Source: Opitutia bacterium KCR 482 (GTDB taxonomy: Bacteria > Verrucomicrobiota > Verrucomicrobiia > Opitutales > Intestinicryptomonadaceae). Taken from it: a stretch of DNA of 32,000 bases. Under the pieces are notes generated by a model. That model did not search any database. It saw only the letters and a list, made by a program, of their open reading frames with translations, and was not told the DNA's origin. Shown piece by piece: positions 26,054 through 32,000 of this stretch (position 1 is its first letter; the number at the start of each line of letters is the position of its first letter). Where the stretch lies: positions 371,214 to 403,213 of the forward strand of contig CP149973.1 of assembly GCA_029269845.2 (NCBI GenBank). The letters run 5' to 3'. Made by a program: the position numbers and the translations under genes.

Positions 26054-26077
26054 GCGCAAATAATTGCGCAAATAATC
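26054..26077 (+). repeat. Tandem 12-bp direct repeat GCGCAAATAAT(T/C) x2 upstream of the GH2 gene
   Basis: Copies at 26054-26065 and 26066-26077 match at 11 of 12 positions. The junction forms the perfect palindrome TTGCGCAA (26064-26071). The repeat ends 58 nt upstream of the GH2 ATG. Confidence 0.6.
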
Positions 26078-26134
26078 ATTGCCACGACCTCAAAAAGCGA
26101 TAGGCTTTTTCTTCTTCACCACAATTCTATATAT

Positions 26135-28594
26135 ATGAAAAAACTGCTTACAACATTACTCACGGCAACCGCGCTCTCGCAGGCGCTCTTCGGGGGCGAA
26201 TCGCCGCGCTCGACGGTCGCGCTCGAAGACGGCTGGAAATTCGCGAAAGGCGACTACCCCGACGCCGAAAAAACATCTTTCGACGACTCCAAGTGGGAGT
26301 CCGTCAAAGTCCCACACGACTGGGCAATCGGAAAGCCCTTCGACATGAACATCGACATGCAGTACGTTCAGGTCTTTCAGGACGGCGACAAAAAAGCCAT
26401 GCTGCGCACGGGGCGCACGGGAGCTCTCCCCTGCTTCGGCGCGGGCTGGTACAGAAACACGCTAGACATTCCCGCCGGCAAAAACGGCTCGCGCGTGTTC
26501 GTCGAATTCGACGGCGCAATGAGCAACGCAAAGGTCTTCGTCAACGGCAAATACGTCGGAACGTGGCCCTACGGCTACGCGTCGTTCACGTTCGACATCA
26601 CCGATTTCGTGAAGTTCGGCAAGCCCAACACGCTCGCGGTAAGCCTCAACAACAAAGAGCTTTCGTCGAGGTGGTATTCGGGCGCGGGGCTTTACCGCAA
26701 CGTGCGCCTTGTGTACAAGTCGCCGACGCACGTCGCCTACAACGGCACATACATCACGACGCCGAAAATCGCGAAAAACAGGGCGTCGGTGCTCGTGAAA
26801 ACGGAAGTTGAAAAGCCAGATGGCGCGGCGAAAATCGTCCACAAAATCTTCGCGCCCGACGGCTCGCTGGCGGCTTCGGGAAGCTCGGAAGACATTTCGA
26901 AGCCCGTCTACATCGACGTTCCCAACCCGCAGCTCTGGGACGTAAAAACGCCCAACCTCTACCGCGCCGAAACGTCGCTTTTCGACAAAAACGGCAAAGA
27001 GCTTGACCGCTACGAAACGCGCTTCGGAATCCGTTCAATCGAAATTTCGCGCGAAAACGGCTTCGTCCTCAACGGCAAAAAAACCGCAATTAACGGCGTC
27101 TGCATGCACCACGACCTCGGGCCCATCGGCGCGGCTACAAACGTGCGCGCGCTCAAACGCCAGCTCGAAACGCTCAAAGAAATGGGCTGCAACGCAATCC
27201 GCACATCGCATAACCCGCCCTCGCCCGAACTGCTCGACCTCTGCGACGAAATGGGCTTCATCGTCGAAGACGAAGCATTCGACGAATGGCGGCATCAGAA
27301 ATGCGAAAACGGCTACCACAAGCTTTTCAACGAATGGGCCGAAAAGGATTTGACCGCGTTCGTCAAGCGCGACCGCAACCACCCTTGCGTCGCACTTTGG
27401 AGCATAGGCAACGAAGTCAACGACCAACGCTTTCCCGACGGCGGCGCGACGGCGAAATTCCTTGTAGACATCGTCCACCGCGTAGACCCCACGCGCCCCG
27501 TGACGGCGGGAATCAACAACATCAAAAGCGCGTTCGAAGTCAGCAAAATTCCGCAGGAGCTTGACGTTGTCGGGCTGAACTACCAGCCCTTCCTCTACGC
27601 AAAATATGCCAAGGAATATCCGAACATGATATTCCACGGAAGCGAAACCGCCTCCACAGTAAGCTCGCGCGGAAGCTACCACTTCCCCGTGAAGCGCGAC
27701 AGCCAGCCATACCACGAAGACTATCAGGTTTCCTCATACGACACCGAAACGCCGCCGTGGGCGCAGATTCCCGACGAGGAATTCGCCGCCCTCGACGACA
27801 ACCCGACGTTCTTCGGCGAATTCGTATGGACGGGCTACGACTACCTCGGCGAACCCACTCCCTATAACCCCGGAACGCCCGCCCGCAGCTCGTACTTCGG
27901 AATCATCGACCTTGCGGGCTTCAAGAAGGACCGCTTCTACGCCTATCAGGCTCGCTGGAACCCCGACGTAAAGGTGCTGCACGTCATGCCTCACTGGAAC
28001 TGGGAGGACAGGCTCGGACAAAACGTGCCCGTCCACGTCTACACAAACTACCCGAAAGCCGAGCTTTTCGTAAACGGCAAAAGCATGGGAGTCAGGACGA
28101 AAAACCCCGAAACAAAAAATGTCATGGAAAGATACCGCATGATTTGGGACGATGTTTCCTATCAGGCGGGAGAAATCAGGGTTGTGGCGTACGGCGACGA
28201 CGGCAAAGCCGCGGAGGAAAAGACCGTAAAGACCGCGGGCAGAGCCGCGACATTCAAGATGTCCGCCGACCGCGACACCCTTCTGCCCGACCCGAAGGAG
28301 CTGATTTTCGTCGAAATCGACATCGTAGACAAGGACGGCACGTTCTGCCCGCGCGCGGCGAATTTCATGTTCGTGAAAGTCGAGGGCGCGGGCAAACTGC
28401 GCGCGCTCTGCAACGGCGACGCCACAGACCAGACTGCGTTCTCGTCGAACTACATGAGGGCGTTCAACGGGAAACTGCTGGCGGTGGTAGAACCTACGGG
28501 AGAATCGGGCGACGTGAAAATCACGGCGTACGGGCACACGCTCGCGCCAAAGACGCTCACGCTAAAAATACAAAAGCCGATAGAAACAAAATAG
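26135..28594 (+). CDS. Secreted glycoside hydrolase family 2 enzyme (beta-galactosidase-like)
   Basis: Start is the ATG at 26135 (signal peptide MKKLLTTLLTATALSQALFG), giving 819 aa. The sugar-binding domain has WESVKVPHDW and FDGAMSNAKVFVNGKYVG. The TIM barrel has NAIRTSHNPPSPELLDLCDEMG, the acid/base region WSIGNEV and the nucleophile region HGSETAS. A C-terminal beta-sandwich extension follows. Confidence 0.9.
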   Translation: MKKLLTTLLTATALSQALFGGESPRSTVALEDGWKFAKGDYPDAEKTSFDDSKWESVKVPHDWAIGKPFDMNIDMQYVQVFQDGDKKAMLRTGRTGALPCFGAGWYRNTLDIPAGKNGSRVFVEFDGAMSNAKVFVNGKYVGTWPYGYASFTFDITDFVKFGKPNTLAVSLNNKELSSRWYSGAGLYRNVRLVYKSPTHVAYNGTYITTPKIAKNRASVLVKTEVEKPDGAAKIVHKIFAPDGSLAASGSSEDISKPVYIDVPNPQLWDVKTPNLYRAETSLFDKNGKELDRYETRFGIRSIEISRENGFVLNGKKTAINGVCMHHDLGPIGAATNVRALKRQLETLKEMGCNAIRTSHNPPSPELLDLCDEMGFIVEDEAFDEWRHQKCENGYHKLFNEWAEKDLTAFVKRDRNHPCVALWSIGNEVNDQRFPDGGATAKFLVDIVHRVDPTRPVTAGINNIKSAFEVSKIPQELDVVGLNYQPFLYAKYAKEYPNMIFHGSETASTVSSRGSYHFPVKRDSQPYHEDYQVSSYDTETPPWAQIPDEEFAALDDNPTFFGEFVWTGYDYLGEPTPYNPGTPARSSYFGIIDLAGFKKDRFYAYQARWNPDVKVLHVMPHWNWEDRLGQNVPVHVYTNYPKAELFVNGKSMGVRTKNPETKNVMERYRMIWDDVSYQAGEIRVVAYGDDGKAAEEKTVKTAGRAATFKMSADRDTLLPDPKELIFVEIDIVDKDGTFCPRAANFMFVKVEGAGKLRALCNGDATDQTAFSSNYMRAFNGKLLAVVEPTGESGDVKITAYGHTLAPKTLTLKIQKPIETK

Positions 28595-28608
28595 CGGCAG
28601 CAGCCTGC

Positions 28609-28646
28609 AAAAACGGCGCAATCCATTTCGGACTGCGCCGTTTTTT
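28609..28646. terminator. Bidirectional intrinsic terminator between GH2 (+) and the Sel1 gene (-)
   Basis: A5 run, stem CGGCGCA (28614-28620) pairing with TGCGCCG (28634-28640) around a 13-nt loop, then a T6 run. Confidence 0.8.
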
Positions 28647-28663
28647 GTAGCCTATTTCTGCGA

Positions 28664-31600
28664 TTATTTTTGCGAATCGGAAACGAACTTTTCGAAGTTT
28701 TCAAAATAGAACTTCGAGCGGTAGTCGCCGTTGTCCGCACCCAATTTCAGGAGGAATTTAGCGCGGTCGGCGTCGGTTATGAAATTCGTGCCGTTAATGT
28801 ATTTTGCGGCAAGCCAGCGATAGGCGCGCACTTTCTTTTTAAGCTCGGCAAGCCACTTTTCGGCAAGCTTTTCGTCGCGCGGAACGCCGATTCCCTTGTC
28901 GTAGACGTAGGCGAGAAATTCCGCAGCCTCGCTTCTGCCGCGCTCGGAAGATTCCTCCAACAGGGCGATTCCCTGTTTGGCGTCCTTTTCGCAACCCGCG
29001 CCCACGACGAGCGAAAGCCCGCGGCGGTACAAGCCCCACGGCGAATGCGGCGCGTACTTTGCGTGCTCGTCGAGAAATTCGTTCGCCTTTTTCCAGTCGC
29101 GGAGTTTCGGATTCTTCGTATAGAAATCGTAGAATTCGCGGAGAATCGAAAGCGACGGAAAGTTCTTGCGCGAAAATTCAAGCCAACGCAATTTGCGCTC
29201 TGGGTTGTACTCCAAGCCGCCCTTGTTGTAAAGATTGGCGATTGCAACGGCATTCTTCGCGCCAGTTGGATACGTTTGGGCGAGCATAAGCTCCTCGGCC
29301 TTTTTGCGCAATTTTGCGGCTTCGGCGGGGTCGGATGGTCGCCCGATTCCCTTTTCGGCGCAGTACGCAAGGGCTTCGAGGGCGGGAACTGTTTTGGTCG
29401 AATACGGGCGTTCGGCAGCCTTTTCGAAATACTCCAACGCCTTTGCTACGTCGCGCGCCGTTCCCCTGCCGTTCAAATGGCAAAGAGCCAAATCGAAGTA
29501 GGCGTCGCGCGGAACATACGATAATTCCTTTTTGCAATAGTCGAAATAGCGGCTGAGGTTTTCGAAATATTTTTTGTCGTCTTTCAACTTCCAATTATTC
29601 TTGTAGACTTCGGCAAGCTTTTTGAAAAACCTGCCGTCGAGAGCCGCCGCCTGTTCGTAAAGCTCGACCGCGCGGGCGAAGTCGGGCGCAAGCCCGTTCG
29701 TGCCGCGCAGATAAAGCCGCGCGGCGTTCGCCAACATTCTGCCCGTCTTTGCTCCTGCGATATAGCGTTCGACAAGCGGTTTCAGCGCATCGTCGGGAAG
29801 CTTCGGGGCATTCTTGAAAAATGCAAAATTCGGCACGCGATCCGATACATCGATTGAAGCCAAAAGTTTGTCTGCTTTGTCGGGGTCGGCTTTCGTGCCG
29901 ATTCCGTTTCGGTAGCAATAGGCGAGCCAGAATTGCCCCAGATTGTCGTAGGCGTAATTATTTTTAATGATATTAAAAGCCTTTTCGGGATTCTTTTCGC
30001 CGTCCTCGCCGCTCATTAACGAAAACGTATATTCATAATCCAGCTCAATGTTTACCTTTTTATTTTTTGCTTTTTTGGTATCGAGGAATTCACCCGAAGA
30101 ATTGAAATTGTCCTTGCGCCAAGAGTAGAAAGATTTTGCAAGCTCGAGAATCTTGACCTCGCGCCCCGCTTCTGGATAATCCGACAATACCTGATATTTG
30201 TCATAGGCACTGTCTGCAATTCCCGCAAGGTTGCACAAATCAAGAAACTTCCCGTAGACTTCCGACTTCTCGCCGAAAAGCAATGAAATTTGGGATTTAG
30301 CATTGGAATATATATAAGAATTAGGATAGGGCTTGAGGGAATTTACGAGTTTTTCCATTTCGGAAAGCGCGACGGCTTTGTCGACCGCCATTCCTCTGCC
30401 CTCGTACTTGCAACAGGCGAGAGTAAGCTTCGCGTATTCGCCGCCGAACTGCGCCGATTCTTTGAACGATTCCACTGCGCTGCTCCAGTCGCCGTTTTCG
30501 GCTTGATAACACGCCTTCAAATTCTCGGCTGCAGCCCTGTCTTTGAGAGAATCACAAAACTCGAGTGCGTCGAAATAGCCGAACCAGCTGAGCAAATGCT
30601 TGGCTGCGTCCTTGTTCCCCAACTCTGCGGAGGTTCTCAAAAACTTTTGCATCTGCTTCGGGGGGATATAATAGTCGGAATAAGACCAAGTAACCCCTAA
30701 CGCAAGATTTCGATAAAAATCGGCCCTTTCGGTAATCATAAGCCTGTTCAGCAGCGACTGGGCAAGTTTTTCGTCTTTCGGGAAACCGTCGGTTCCCAGA
30801 ATTAGCCGCTTTGCAATCTGTCTCAAATTCCACTGATTCTGAATCTTCGGAAGGAATTTTTTCAACGCCTGCGAAAGTTTTTCCGAATCTCCGATTTTTG
30901 CATAATAACAAATCAACATTACGGTGGTAGTGGAATCGGAAACCTCGGTGTCAACGGGTGCAATTTCCTCCATCAATTTAACCGCCTTGGCACGGTTGGG
31001 GCTACTGAAAAAGCTGTCGGGGATGGTATCTCTGTAGACATTTTGGTTTCCGTATAACCAGTACGAAAGAAGGGATTGTTTTTCGTACAAGTTAAGTTTC
31101 CCCATTTCGTAAAGCTTTTCGAGCTGCTCGGCGGCAAGCTCTTTCATTCCGAAATTGTCGAAAGCACTTCTCAATTCGCTCGCCCTTCTGTCGGGCGGAA
31201 GGGTATCGAGGACTTTTTTCGCAGTTTCAAATTCCTTTGCATATTGCGCATCGTTCATAGTCAGAACATACATCCGCGTAGCCGCGAACGCGTCGAGTTC
31301 GTCGGCGAATTTCGAAAGAAACCCGATTAGCCGTTTTTTTGAAATGCCCTCTACTCCCATATTTTTGAGCGTAGAGTAATCAGACACCGCATTCCACGGT
31401 TGAAATTCCCGATTCCAATATCCGTCCGAATTCCAGATTTCCTTTGCGATATCCTCCCTGTTTATTTTGCAAAGCCGCGATATGGCACTTCCGAAAACAT
31501 ACCGATTGTCTTTCGTAAGAACCGAATAGGTCTCGGCATCGAGTTCGGGATAAATTTCGTCGGGCGAAGCAAACACAACTTTTGCGAAGTCGGGATTTGC

Positions 31601-31900
31601 GACTTTCTCGAACTGTTCCCTGTCGCCATCCAGAAAATAGATGTTGGCGAGCCTCTCGCGGGCGTACGAGCTTTTTTCGCTCTTCGACTTCAAGTCGGCA
31701 ACGAGTTCGTCGAGCTTTTTTCGCGCCGCGGCGTCGGTCTTTGCGAGTTCCACAAGCGGCGAAACGTAGCCGAATTTTTCGTAAGCCGCCGACGCCGCTT
31801 TGAGTTTGTCCGAACCGAACATTGCCGAATAGTCGGCGTCCGCTCCGAAAAGCGGCGAGATTAAAAACAATAATGCGGGGTATAACATCGCTCTTTTCAT
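28664..31900 (-). CDS. Large secreted Sel1-like repeat (SLR/TPR-type) protein
   Basis: Start is the ATG at 31900 (MKRAMLYPALLFLISPLFGADA signal peptide), giving 1078 aa. At least seven Sel1-type repeats are present. Examples are CCKYEGRGMAVDKAVA, CYRNGIGTKADPDKA, LYLRGTNGLAPDFARA, CHLNGRGTARDVAKA, CAEKGIGRPSDPAEA and VYDKGIGVPRDEKLA. The remainder is all-alpha and repeat-like. Confidence 0.85.
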   Translation of the reverse strand: MKRAMLYPALLFLISPLFGADADYSAMFGSDKLKAASAAYEKFGYVSPLVELAKTDAAARKKLDELVADLKSKSEKSSYARERLANIYFLDGDREQFEKVANPDFAKVVFASPDEIYPELDAETYSVLTKDNRYVFGSAISRLCKINREDIAKEIWNSDGYWNREFQPWNAVSDYSTLKNMGVEGISKKRLIGFLSKFADELDAFAATRMYVLTMNDAQYAKEFETAKKVLDTLPPDRRASELRSAFDNFGMKELAAEQLEKLYEMGKLNLYEKQSLLSYWLYGNQNVYRDTIPDSFFSSPNRAKAVKLMEEIAPVDTEVSDSTTTVMLICYYAKIGDSEKLSQALKKFLPKIQNQWNLRQIAKRLILGTDGFPKDEKLAQSLLNRLMITERADFYRNLALGVTWSYSDYYIPPKQMQKFLRTSAELGNKDAAKHLLSWFGYFDALEFCDSLKDRAAAENLKACYQAENGDWSSAVESFKESAQFGGEYAKLTLACCKYEGRGMAVDKAVALSEMEKLVNSLKPYPNSYIYSNAKSQISLLFGEKSEVYGKFLDLCNLAGIADSAYDKYQVLSDYPEAGREVKILELAKSFYSWRKDNFNSSGEFLDTKKAKNKKVNIELDYEYTFSLMSGEDGEKNPEKAFNIIKNNYAYDNLGQFWLAYCYRNGIGTKADPDKADKLLASIDVSDRVPNFAFFKNAPKLPDDALKPLVERYIAGAKTGRMLANAARLYLRGTNGLAPDFARAVELYEQAAALDGRFFKKLAEVYKNNWKLKDDKKYFENLSRYFDYCKKELSYVPRDAYFDLALCHLNGRGTARDVAKALEYFEKAAERPYSTKTVPALEALAYCAEKGIGRPSDPAEAAKLRKKAEELMLAQTYPTGAKNAVAIANLYNKGGLEYNPERKLRWLEFSRKNFPSLSILREFYDFYTKNPKLRDWKKANEFLDEHAKYAPHSPWGLYRRGLSLVVGAGCEKDAKQGIALLEESSERGRSEAAEFLAYVYDKGIGVPRDEKLAEKWLAELKKKVRAYRWLAAKYINGTNFITDADRAKFLLKLGADNGDYRSKFYFENFEKFVSDSQK

Positions 31901-31907
31901 ACGGACG

Positions 31908-31935
31908 AGTTTAAACCTGCCGTTCAAAGTGTAAA
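31908..31935 (-). promoter_or_regulatory. Candidate promoter of the Sel1 gene (TTTACA-N16-TAAACT, 7 nt before the ATG)
   Basis: Minus strand reads gcTTTACA ctttgaacggcaggtt TAAACT cgtccgt ATG, squeezed between an upstream terminator and the start codon. Motif-level evidence only. Confidence 0.25.
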
Positions 31936-31937
31936 GC

Positions 31938-31968
31938 AAAAAAAACGGCGTCCCGCTATGGAACGCCG
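31938..31968 (-). terminator. Rho-independent terminator of a minus-strand gene lying beyond the window end
   Basis: Stem CGGCGT (31946-31951) pairs with ACGCCG (31963-31968). On the minus strand it is followed by a T8 run (A-run 31938-31945 on +). Confidence 0.6.
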
Positions 31969-32000
31969 CTTCGAAAAAATGCGCTGTCTGCTATCTTCCG

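Noticed and set aside
23-31968. Similar hairpins at both window ends (AAAAAAAGCGGCGTCC...GAACGCCGC at 23-55 and AAAAAAAACGGCGTCC...GAACGCCGC at 31938-31968), considered as boundaries of a mobile element or island
   Set aside because: Both are in direct orientation, short, and each is explained as an ordinary intrinsic terminator of a minus-strand gene. There is no integrase, transposase or tRNA, and no composition change at the boundaries. The interior is core housekeeping.
1-32000. Search by eye for CRISPR arrays, tRNA/rRNA genes, IS elements, toxin-antitoxin pairs, defence-system enzymes or riboswitch-like leaders
   Set aside because: No spaced direct repeats were seen. No intergenic region apart from 25707-26134 is long enough for a tRNA, and that one holds the bS22-like ORF. 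There are no nuclease, helicase, methylase or recombinase-like proteins. All spacers are short and explained by promoters and terminators.

Overview
GC-rich chromosomal segment of a diderm bacterium. Hand-counted 60-nt coding lines mostly fall around 52-65% GC, and intergenic spacers are AT-rich. I cannot fix the lineage by eye. The scarcity of Shine-Dalgarno sequences, a bS22-like mini-protein and the SET, Sel1, GH2 and AsmA-like genes would fit a host- or gut-associated PVC-type or Bacteroidota-like organism, but that is a guess.

I support 21 protein-coding genes and found no rRNA, tRNA, CRISPR array, transposase or integrase.

Layout:
- Minus-strand housekeeping block: purL, then clpX-clpP-tig, then mrdA-mreD-mreC-mreB. 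One orphan plus-strand beta-barrel gene sits between purL and clpX.
- Plus-strand unit of about 12 kb, diverging from mreB: dsbD-like, lysA, hotdog thioesterase, GT-C-like membrane protein, 1119-aa AsmA-like protein, panB, SET-domain methyltransferase, and an 813-aa secreted protein of unknown function. The six genes from lysA to SET are joined by ATGA overlaps or zero spacing.
- After that: birA (-), an unannotated 33-codon bS22-like gene (-), a secreted GH2 glycosidase (+) and a 1078-aa secreted Sel1-repeat protein (-).
- Most convergent gene ends carry clean hairpin terminators, several of them bidirectional (A-run, stem, T-run).

I did not find a convincing new multi-gene system such as a defence system, toxin-antitoxin pair or mobile element. 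The items most worth a second look are:
- the thioesterase / GT-C / AsmA-like coupled module
- the operon-embedded SET enzyme
- the 813-aa orphan secreted protein
- the low-GC3 trough inside the Sel1 gene
- the missed bS22-like ORF
- promoter-like hexamers placed as if for leaderless mRNAs

The many long ORFs antisense to real genes are GC-driven shadow ORFs.
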